A DNA stretch of 64,000 nucleotides from the NCBI GenBank assembly GCA_964460165.1, contig CAYWPS010000001.1:9384-73383 (forward strand), read 5' to 3'. A program made the translations under genes and the position numbers. Under the pieces are notes generated by a model. It saw only the letters and a program-made list of their open reading frames with translations, was not told the origin of the DNA and ran no database searches. This DNA comes from an uncultured Ruminococcus sp. GTDB taxonomy: Bacteria > Bacillota > Clostridia > Oscillospirales > CAG-272. Positions 29,677 to 37,164 of the stretch are shown here, one piece after another; position 1 is the stretch's first letter, and each line of letters opens with the position of its first letter.

Positions 29677-32004
29677 ATGTATATAGGCACTATCGGAAAT
29701 AATACCCAACCGAGATTTTATCACGCAGGTACAAACGTTCCTTTCGAGCCCGAGGTGTGCGACGGTGCAGCCGTGTGGAGATGGACCGATATTTACGATT
29801 CTGCGGTAGATGTAAAATACTCCTTTAAAAAGGAGCATTACATTGGCACTGTGGATATCAAGGTAAGCGGTGCTTTGGACGTTGCTTTTTTCGTTGACGG
29901 AGTTAAGGTCGCGGTCAAGAACGCATCAGCTCCCGTTCACGTTAACCTTTACGGCAAGGAAGCGGTGATCCGATTGCGCGGTAACGTTGCCGACCTGACG
30001 TTCTCGGGTGCGGAGATATTCGGATTCTTACCGGATGATAACGAGCCGTTTATCCTGCCCGTCCCAAAGAAAATAGAATACTCGGATAAGTTAATGCCCG
30101 TAGGAAGCATCGTCGGCATCGGCACGGACGGTGAGTTTGCCGCAGAATTCTTAAAGGACAGCCTTTCCGAAAGATATGAACAGCTCCCCGACGGTGAAGG
30201 GATCAAGCTCTCCTTTGCCATCTGCAGTGAGTACGAAAGCGAGAGATACACCGTCACGGTCACGGAAAGCGGAGCCGAGGTAAAAGCAAGCACCAGACTC
30301 GCGCTTTTGTGGGGAGCGTGTCGAGTTATCGACCTCTGGTCTGACGGACACCTGCCGACAGTAAGTATAGACGATAAGCCGGATACCGAGATGCGCGGCT
30401 TCCATATGGGTCTGCCGACCGTGGAGCGAATGGAGTTTGTAAAAAGGCTCGCGCGCTACGTTCTCTTACCTCTCGGATATAACCACGTTATTATAGAATT
30501 TAACGGCGCTATGCGCTTTGACCGCCACCCCGAGATCAGTGAAAAATGGCTTGAGTCCGAGCGTCTTTACGAAGAAGGCAAGGGCGCGAGAGTAATGCAC
30601 GCGGATATCGGCGCGGAGGGTACGCTTCTCGAAAAGGCACAGGTGCGTGATCTTTTATCGGTGTTTGAGAGCTACGGCATCGAGGTCATCCCCGAGGTGC
30701 AGAGCCTCGCGCATATCGAATACATAACCAACGCATACCCCGAATTTGCTGAGCTCGGAAAATTCGCGAAGGAAGCATCCGACGGGGAGATGGCAAAGAT
30801 CAACCACACCAACATCATCGACCATTGCTATTGTCCGCACCAAGAGGGCTGCATGGATATCATCTACGATATCATTGACGAAATAGTCGAGGTCGTAAAG
30901 CCCAGGAGATACGTGCACATCGGTCACGACGAGGTATATCACATCGGTCTGTGCCCCGAGTGTAAAGCCAAGGGCGGTCCGCGTGTGTATACAGATCATG
31001 TCAAAGCTCTCCACGACTACATAGAGAAAAAGGGCCTCGGTACTATGCTTTGGTCGGATATGTTCCACACGGATATGTACTACACGGGTGAGGACTACGC
31101 ATCGGTAAAGCTCGAATTGCCGAAGGACCTCGTGCTCCTCGACTTCACGTGGTACTACCATCTTGACAAGGATATCGAGGACGACCTCCTGCCCGAGGGC
31201 TACAGGATAGTTATGGGCAATTTCTACTCCTCGCATTACCCCAGATTTAAAGAGAGGATCGCCAAAGACGGAATGATAGGCGGAGAGGTCTCCACGTGGA
31301 CGGCTGTATCCGAGGAAAAATTCGCAGAGAACGGTAAGTTCTTTGACCTGCCATACGCCGCAGAAATGCTCTGGAACGCAAGCACCTACGATGAAAGAAA
31401 CCGCGATGCTCTTTCAGCTCTTATAGGTCAGCTTGTGATCCCCGAAATGCGCGATCTTGTTCACGGACGTTACGATCTCTATCTCAAAACGGATATATAT
31501 ACCGCAGACTATGCAAGCTTCCCCGGAGACGATACACGAGTTCCCGAAGAGCTCTTGCACCTGGGACTCGTAGAGCCCAAGGGTAAAATCAAGGCGGGTA
31601 AGAGATACGACAGACTCATTTTCTCCCACGCGACTCTCAATCCCGCTCCCCGTATCTGCTGGCAGGAGCTTATTCCCGTGGGTAAATACACCGTAACATA
31701 TAAGGACGGCGAAGCAGTGGATATCCCCGTAAATTACGCAGGCGGAGTCCTTCACGTTCACTCAGGCTTCGGACTCCCGATGCCTCAGCACTACTATCGC
31801 CATCAGGGCTACGTCGGTACTTGGTTCGCCGACCCTACCTACGAGCACCGCACCGCCGAGGGTGAGCCCGTTCTCTTGCTCGGTCAGGTCTGGGATAACC
31901 CCCGCCCCGAAAAGAAAATAGCCTATATCACCTACACCCCCGACGAAAACGACTGCGCTGTTCTTGTCAGCGGCGGCGTGATGGGCATCAAGGCATCTCG
32001 ATAA
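29677..32004 (+). CDS. GH20-like glycoside hydrolase family protein (putative hexosaminidase-like)
   Basis: 775 aa. MRGFHMG and HIGHDEV resemble the GH20 R-G-x-H-x-D and H-x-G-x-D-E catalytic regions. The assignment is tentative. Confidence 0.55.
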   Translation: MYIGTIGNNTQPRFYHAGTNVPFEPEVCDGAAVWRWTDIYDSAVDVKYSFKKEHYIGTVDIKVSGALDVAFFVDGVKVAVKNASAPVHVNLYGKEAVIRLRGNVADLTFSGAEIFGFLPDDNEPFILPVPKKIEYSDKLMPVGSIVGIGTDGEFAAEFLKDSLSERYEQLPDGEGIKLSFAICSEYESERYTVTVTESGAEVKASTRLALLWGACRVIDLWSDGHLPTVSIDDKPDTEMRGFHMGLPTVERMEFVKRLARYVLLPLGYNHVIIEFNGAMRFDRHPEISEKWLESERLYEEGKGARVMHADIGAEGTLLEKAQVRDLLSVFESYGIEVIPEVQSLAHIEYITNAYPEFAELGKFAKEASDGEMAKINHTNIIDHCYCPHQEGCMDIIYDIIDEIVEVVKPRRYVHIGHDEVYHIGLCPECKAKGGPRVYTDHVKALHDYIEKKGLGTMLWSDMFHTDMYYTGEDYASVKLELPKDLVLLDFTWYYHLDKDIEDDLLPEGYRIVMGNFYSSHYPRFKERIAKDGMIGGEVSTWTAVSEEKFAENGKFFDLPYAAEMLWNASTYDERNRDALSALIGQLVIPEMRDLVHGRYDLYLKTDIYTADYASFPGDDTRVPEELLHLGLVEPKGKIKAGKRYDRLIFSHATLNPAPRICWQELIPVGKYTVTYKDGEAVDIPVNYAGGVLHVHSGFGLPMPQHYYRHQGYVGTWFADPTYEHRTAEGEPVLLLGQVWDNPRPEKKIAYITYTPDENDCAVLVSGGVMGIKASR

Positions 32005-32065
32005 ACAGGCAGCAAATAGACCTTCCAAAATCAAACAAATATTCTGATGGCATTACCATCGCGAT

Positions 32066-32103
32066 AAAAAGGCGAGGATACGCAACTTCAGCGCATCCTC
32101 GCC
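32066..32103 (-). terminator. intrinsic terminator (T-run on the minus strand)
   Basis: GGCGAGGAT (32071-32079) pairs with ATCCTCGCC (32095-32103). The A5 run at 32066-32070 gives U5 on the minus strand. Confidence 0.6.
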
Positions 32104-32111
32104 CAATTTAT

Positions 32112-32341
32112 TTATTCTTTAGCTTCTTCATTCGGAACAAACTCTAAAAGATCCTCTATCTTGCAATTAAGAACAGTGCATATCCTCGCTAAAACGTCAA
32201 TGTCCAGCCTTGCTATCCTATTATTGCAATGGTTGTTGATCTGCGAGCGTTGCATTTCCGCCATGTGACTCAGCTTATTCTTGCCGATTCCCTCTTTTTT
32301 GATTAATTCATCAAGCTTGATTATAATTTTTCCGTATTCAT
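32112..32341 (-). pseudogene. small XRE/Cro-like HTH gene without an in-frame canonical start (possible 1-nt frameshift in an A5 tract)
   Basis: A 71-codon open frame reads IIIKLDELIKKEGIGKNKLSHMAEMQRSQINNHCNN...EDLLEFVPNEEAKE. The ATG at 32341 is out of frame and stops after 6 codons. The two frames are joined by an A5 run (32327-32331). Confidence 0.5.
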
Positions 32342-32361
32342 ATCATTCAGCAAATTAAGTA

Positions 32362-32390
32362 TTGACTTTTAATTATAAACAAGTTATAGA
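32362..32390 (+). promoter_or_regulatory. candidate promoter reading into the tandem repeat
   Basis: TTGACT (32362-32367), 17 nt, TATAGA (32385-32390). The predicted start falls at about 32397, the first base of repeat unit 1. The -10 is weak. Confidence 0.35.
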
Positions 32391-32395
32391 AAAAT

Positions 32396-32634
32396 CTACC
32401 TATCGCGAGCTTGACGACAATCTGCCGAGATTGCCAAAATGTAAGTGAAAATTACACGCAGTAATTTTGATGAAGATCGGTCGAGCGGAGCCCGAAGCAA
32501 TAGCTACCTATTGCGAGCTTGGCGACAATCTGCCAAGATTGCCAAAATGTAAGTGAAAATTACACGCAGTAATTTTGATGAAGATCGGTCGAGCGGAGCC
32601 CGAAGCAATAGCTACCTATTGCGAGCTTGGCGAC
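32396..32634. repeat. 108-bp tandem repeat: two full units plus 23 bp of a third
   Basis: Unit 1 is 32396-32503 and unit 2 is 32504-32611; they differ at 3 of 108 positions. 32612-32634 is identical to the start of unit 2. All six frames contain stops. Confidence 0.9.
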
Positions 32635-32655
32635 GGTCGGCCGATATTCGCAAAA

Positions 32656-34830
32656 TTACAAGTGTAAGACTCTTTCCTGGATCTCTTGGGTACGCCCCTG
32701 ATTCCAATACTGCGTACCGATATATCCGCAGGTACGTCTTGCGACGTTCATCTTGGACTGATCGCGGTTGTGACAGTTCGGACACTCCCAAACGAGCTTA
32801 CCGTCCTCGTCGTTAGTGATATCTATCTCTCCGTCGTAGCCGCAGACCTGACAGTAGTCACTCTTGGTATTGAGCTCAGCGTACATAATATTGTCGTAGA
32901 TGAACTCCATTACGCCAAGGACGGCGTCAATATTGTTCTGCATATCGGGAACCTCTATGTAAGAGATAGCGCCGCCGGGCGAGAGCTTCTGGAACTTTGC
33001 CTCAAGGGCAAGCTTCGCAAAAGCGTCGATAGGCTCGGTAACGTGGATATGATAAGAGTTTGTGATATAGTTTCTGTCGGTAACACCCTTTACTATACCA
33101 AAGCGGTTCTGCAAGCACTTCGCAAACTTATAGGTAGTGCTCTCAAGGGGAGTTCCGTAGAGGGAGTAATCAATATTCTCGGCTGCCTTCCACTTGGCGG
33201 TGTACTCGTTAAGCTTTCTCATTATCTCAAGACCGAGCTCCTCGCCCTCACGCTCGGTGAGCTTCTTGCCGTTGAGAGCGTATACGCACTCCCAAAGACC
33301 CGCGTAGCCAAGAGAAAGAGTGGAGTATCCGCCGTGGAGATACTTGTCGATGGTCTCACCCTTCTTAAGACGGGTGAGCGCGCCGTACTGCCAAAGGATA
33401 GGAGCGGCATCGGAGAGCGTGCCGGTAAGTCTCTCGTGACGGCACTGAAGCGCTCGGTGACAAAGCTCCATTCTCTCGTCAAAGATCTGCCAGAACTTGT
33501 CCATATTCTTGCCTGCGGAGAGCGCGATATCTACAAGGTTGACGGTAACGACACCCTGATTGAATCTGCCGTAGTACTTCGGCTTGCCATCCTCGTCAAT
33601 ATAGGGAGTAAGGAAGGAACGGCAGCCCATACAGGTGTAGCAATGTCCCTCTCCGTTCTTGTCTATCTTACTCTCGAGCATTATCTTCTCGGAGATATAG
33701 TCGGGAACCATACGCTTTGCGGTACACTTTGCCGAAAGCTCGGTGAGGTAGTAGTAGGGGGAATCGGGATGAACGTTCTGCTCCTCAAGCACGTAAATAA
33801 GCTTGGGGAAAGCGGGAGTGATCCATACACCCGCCTCGTTCTTAACGCCCTGATATCTCTGAAGGAGAGTCTCCTCGATGATGAGCGCGAGGTCAGCCTT
33901 CTCCTGCTCGTTCTTCGCTTCGCCGAGGTACATAAACACGGTGATGAAGGGAGCCTGTCCGTTAGTGGTAAGGAGGGTCACGACCTGGTACTGAATACAC
34001 TGAACACCGCGGCGGATCTCCTCGCGAAGACGGGACTCGGTGATCTTTGCTATAGCGGACGCGTCGGTTACTCCGACCTCCGCGAGCTCCTTGGCGACGG
34101 TCTTGCGGATCTTCTCGCGGCTGACGTTGACGAAGGGGGCAAGGTGGGTAAGGCTTATGGACTGACCGCCGTACTGGTTGGACGCAACCTGCGCGATGAT
34201 CTGAGTAGCTATGTTACAAGCGGTGGAGAAGCTATGAGGCTTTTCTATCATAGTACCGCTGATAACGGTACCGTTCTGAAGCATGTCCTCAAGGTTTACA
34301 AGATCGCAGTTATGCATATGCTGAGCGAAATAATCTGCGTCGTGGAAGTGGATAAGCCCCTCCTCGTGCGCCTTTACGATAACCTCGGGAAGAAGGATTC
34401 TTCTGGTAATGTCCTTGGAGACCTCGCCCGCCATATAGTCACGCTGAACGCTGTTAACGGTGGGGTTCTTGTTAGCGTTCTCCTGCTTAACCTCCTCGTT
34501 GTTGCACTCGATGAGCGACATGATCTTATCGTCGGTAGTATTGGACTTACGGATAAGCTCTCTCTTGTATCTGTAAGTGATGTACGCCTTGGCAAGATCA
34601 AACGCGCCAAGCTTCATAATTTCCTTCTCTACAAGGTCCTGTATCTCCTCAACTCCCGCGGAGCGAACCATAGTAAGACAAAGTCTCTCAACCTCGAGAG
34701 CTATATTTTCAATATCCTCGGGGGATATTCTCTGTTTTTCATCAATCGCCTCATTGGCTTTAGCCACAGCGACGGATATCTTCTCTCTGTCGAAGATAAC
34801 CTCTGAGCCGTTTCTCTTAATAAGCTTCAT
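32656..34830 (-). CDS. nrdD: anaerobic ribonucleoside-triphosphate reductase
   Basis: ATP-cone N-terminus (MKLIKRNGSEVIFDREKI), C-terminal Zn site CQVCG...CPNC and glycyl-radical motif RRTCGYIG. The ATG at 34830 is preceded by GAGAAAGGAAAG. Confidence 0.95.
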   Translation of the reverse strand: MKLIKRNGSEVIFDREKISVAVAKANEAIDEKQRISPEDIENIALEVERLCLTMVRSAGVEEIQDLVEKEIMKLGAFDLAKAYITYRYKRELIRKSNTTDDKIMSLIECNNEEVKQENANKNPTVNSVQRDYMAGEVSKDITRRILLPEVIVKAHEEGLIHFHDADYFAQHMHNCDLVNLEDMLQNGTVISGTMIEKPHSFSTACNIATQIIAQVASNQYGGQSISLTHLAPFVNVSREKIRKTVAKELAEVGVTDASAIAKITESRLREEIRRGVQCIQYQVVTLLTTNGQAPFITVFMYLGEAKNEQEKADLALIIEETLLQRYQGVKNEAGVWITPAFPKLIYVLEEQNVHPDSPYYYLTELSAKCTAKRMVPDYISEKIMLESKIDKNGEGHCYTCMGCRSFLTPYIDEDGKPKYYGRFNQGVVTVNLVDIALSAGKNMDKFWQIFDERMELCHRALQCRHERLTGTLSDAAPILWQYGALTRLKKGETIDKYLHGGYSTLSLGYAGLWECVYALNGKKLTEREGEELGLEIMRKLNEYTAKWKAAENIDYSLYGTPLESTTYKFAKCLQNRFGIVKGVTDRNYITNSYHIHVTEPIDAFAKLALEAKFQKLSPGGAISYIEVPDMQNNIDAVLGVMEFIYDNIMYAELNTKSDYCQVCGYDGEIDITNDEDGKLVWECPNCHNRDQSKMNVARRTCGYIGTQYWNQGRTQEIQERVLHL

Positions 34831-34949
34831 AGTCTTTCCTTTCTCAAAATCTCGTTTATCGTAAGCCGCGCAGGTCAAGCGCGGCGGCTTCGTAAGGGTT
34901 AAAAAAACGATCCCTCCCAAGTATTGCCCGGGAGCGACGTCCGTGAGTC

Positions 34950-34978
34950 ATTATACACTATATTTAGTGTTTTGTCAA
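34950..34978 (-). promoter_or_regulatory. consensus sigma-A promoter of nrdD
   Basis: On the minus strand: TTGACA (34978-34973), 17 nt, TATAAT (34955-34950). Confidence 0.7.
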
Positions 34979-35002
34979 GGGTCGAATTACTATATCTTGT
35001 GT
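34955..35002 (-). promoter_or_regulatory. two NrdR boxes
   Basis: ACACTATATTTAGTGT (34955-34970) and TTACTATATCTTGTGT (34987-35002). Their starts are 32 bp apart. Box 1 fills the promoter spacer. Confidence 0.7.
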
Positions 35003-35217
35003 TTTTTGGATATACAAAAAATGGTAAACACATAAGTTTTCAACAAATTAAATTGTCGAATTTTGGTGATTTTACCACTTGATTTTCCGCCCCTTAAAAT
35101 AAAGCGTGGCAGATTAATTTTAACCTTGTTGATTTTTTACAAAATCGAGTGGTTTTTTTCTATAATATTCTATCTCAAATTTCATTTTTATTTTTTGAAA
35201 AAGCGCGCCGTACGTTA

Positions 35218-35246
35218 TTGACATCGCATGACCCAAGTGGTAAAAT
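35218..35246 (+). promoter_or_regulatory. sigma-A type promoter for the EamA transporter gene
   Basis: TTGACA (35218-35223), 17 nt, TGGTAAAAT (hexamer at 35241-35246). Confidence 0.55.
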
Positions 35247-35274
35247 ACTTTTATATCAAAAAAACGGAGAACTT

Positions 35275-36204
35275 ATGAAGCTTAAAAAATATATATCCCC
35301 CGCCCTGCTGTTTGCGGCAGCGGTAATATGGGGCTTTGCATTCGCGGCTCAGGACGCCGCGTCGGATATGAACGCCTTTTCGCTTGGCTTCTGGCGCAGT
35401 ATCGTAGCGGGCGTCTTCCTTATCGGCGCGGTCGTGCTGCTTGATAAGCTCATGGGGACGGGCAGACGCCTCATCTCAAGAAAAGGCATCGACCTTAACA
35501 GAAACGAGATCATCGGCGGTATTATCCTCGGCACCGTGCTTGTCGCGGCGTCAGCATTACAGCAGTTGGGAATAAACGCGGGAACGGACGGAGGAAAGGC
35601 GGCGTTTATAACCGCGCTTTACGTCGTGCTAGTGCCGGTGTACGCTCTCGCGCTCAAAAAGAAAGCTCCCATGAACGTATGGGTAAGCATAGCTATCGCT
35701 ATCGTGGGCTTCTATCTTCTGTGTATCAAGGAGGACCTGACGGTTGCCCCCTCGGACCTGCTTGTCGTCGGAGCCTCAATGATCTTCCCCATACATATTC
35801 TGACGATAGACAGCTTCTCGCCTAAATGCGACGGAGTGAGAATGTCTATGGTGCAGTTCTTCACCGCGGCAATTCTCAATCTTGCGGCAGCAATCATCTC
35901 TGGGGGCGTATCCTGCCTCGGCTTCACCGCCGCAAACGTCCTGCCAATACTGTTTCTCGGCATCGGGTCGAGCGGTATCGCCTACACGCTGCAAATACTC
36001 GGTCAAAAGGGAGTTAACCCTGCCGCAGCATCAATCATACTCTCGCTTGAGTCGGTATTTGGAATAATCGGCACGGCACTGTTTCTCGGTCAGACGCTCA
36101 CACCGCGCGAATATCTCGGGTGCGCCGTTGTTCTTGCGGCGGTCATACTCTCGCAAATAGACATCGGCTCAATAAGAAAAAAGCCAAGCAAATCGGATAA
36201 ATAA
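35275..36204 (+). CDS. DMT (EamA) family transporter
   Basis: About 10 TM segments. The ATG at 35275 follows GGAGA and lies downstream of the predicted promoter. Confidence 0.8.
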   Translation: MKLKKYISPALLFAAAVIWGFAFAAQDAASDMNAFSLGFWRSIVAGVFLIGAVVLLDKLMGTGRRLISRKGIDLNRNEIIGGIILGTVLVAASALQQLGINAGTDGGKAAFITALYVVLVPVYALALKKKAPMNVWVSIAIAIVGFYLLCIKEDLTVAPSDLLVVGASMIFPIHILTIDSFSPKCDGVRMSMVQFFTAAILNLAAAIISGGVSCLGFTAANVLPILFLGIGSSGIAYTLQILGQKGVNPAAASIILSLESVFGIIGTALFLGQTLTPREYLGCAVVLAAVILSQIDIGSIRKKPSKSDK

Positions 36205-36217
36205 TCAGATACGCCAA

Positions 36218-36266
36218 TAAAAAAGAGCAAGAATTTTGGGAGACCCCTCTGTTCCTGCTCTTTTTA
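36218..36266. terminator. bidirectional terminator (AGAGCAAGA stem family)
   Basis: AGAGCAAGAA (36224-36233) pairs with TTCCTGCTCT (36252-36261). A-run upstream, T5 downstream. Confidence 0.6.
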
Positions 36267-36280
36267 TATCCGATTCGCAC

Positions 36281-37051
36281 TTACGTGCGGATATGTTTAA
36301 ACTCGGACGGAGATATTCCGTAATGACGCTTAAAGCTCTTGGAAAAATTGAACTCGTCCTCATAACCGACGAGATGCGCGCTCTCGCCTACCGTATATCC
36401 CTCACTCAAGAATCTCTTGGCAAACTCCATACGCACTTCGGTGATGTATTCCTTTATACCTACTCCGTAACGCTTCTTGAATATCCTGTAAAGATAGCTT
36501 CTCTCAAAGCCGAAGCTATGCGCAAGAGAGGTAACGCGCAGATCTTCCATATAGTTGTACTGTATATACTGCCGTATCCTGTACAGCTTATCGTCGGTAG
36601 CTGCATCCGTACTCTTCAACGACAGTCGGTATATCAGCTCGTATATGAGAGATATGTATATCTCCGGCGAAGACACCCCCTGCCTTATCAGCTCACTGAT
36701 ACGCTCTCCCATCCCCTCGGGAGTCTTGTAAACCGAAAGCGCGCCGGCGAATACGTCCGCACGTCTGCCCGAGAAGGCTATCCAGCGATAGCTCCACGGC
36801 GTTTTTTCATCTGCGGTGTAGGTGGTTATCTCACCCGGGCGAATTATGAAAAGCTCTCCGCCTGATATCCTGTGCACGCCGTTTTTGTCACGGAGAACTC
36901 CGCATCCCGAGGTGCAAAAGTGTATAAGATAGTACTCTCTCACATAAGGACCGAAGGAATGACCGCTGCCGCAGTCGTGCTCGCCGACAAATATCGGATA
37001 TACGTCTGTAAAATCTGCGCCGCACTCTATAACGTGCTGTTTAGCCTCCAT
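36281..37051 (-). CDS. AraC family transcriptional regulator
   Basis: C-terminal AraC HTH (VGYEDEFNFSKSFKRHYGISP). The ATG at 37051 is preceded by AAGGAG. Confidence 0.8.
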   Translation of the reverse strand: MEAKQHVIECGADFTDVYPIFVGEHDCGSGHSFGPYVREYYLIHFCTSGCGVLRDKNGVHRISGGELFIIRPGEITTYTADEKTPWSYRWIAFSGRRADVFAGALSVYKTPEGMGERISELIRQGVSSPEIYISLIYELIYRLSLKSTDAATDDKLYRIRQYIQYNYMEDLRVTSLAHSFGFERSYLYRIFKKRYGVGIKEYITEVRMEFAKRFLSEGYTVGESAHLVGYEDEFNFSKSFKRHYGISPSEFKHIRT

Positions 37052-37164
37052 ATAAAGCTCCTTTTTTGCTTTTAACAACATTTTACCATGTATAAGACAC
37101 AAAAATCAATACAAAATACACATTTTTTATGGTACAGTAAAGAAAAAAGCAAAGGAGACCACTT

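Noticed and set aside
32396-32634. CRISPR array interpretation of the repeats
   Set aside because: The units are 108 bp and directly abutting, with no unique spacers. There are no cas genes in the window.
32470-32667. Two tandem mini-ORFs inside the 108-bp repeat (MKIGRAEPEAIATYCELGDNLPRLPKCK, 28 aa, and MKIGRAEPEAIATYCELGDGRPIFAKLQV, 29 aa)
   Set aside because: No Shine-Dalgarno sequence precedes either ATG (the upstream sequence is GTAATTTTG). The second ORF runs into the convergent nrdD coding end. The peptide has no recognisable features. I kept them only as a remote possibility within the repeat finding.
32686-34806. 706-aa ORF on the plus strand
   Set aside because: It lies entirely antisense to nrdD, whose translation has unmistakable ATP-cone, Zn-site and glycyl-radical motifs. 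The antisense product is a low-information V/L/G-rich sequence with no motifs. It is a shadow ORF.
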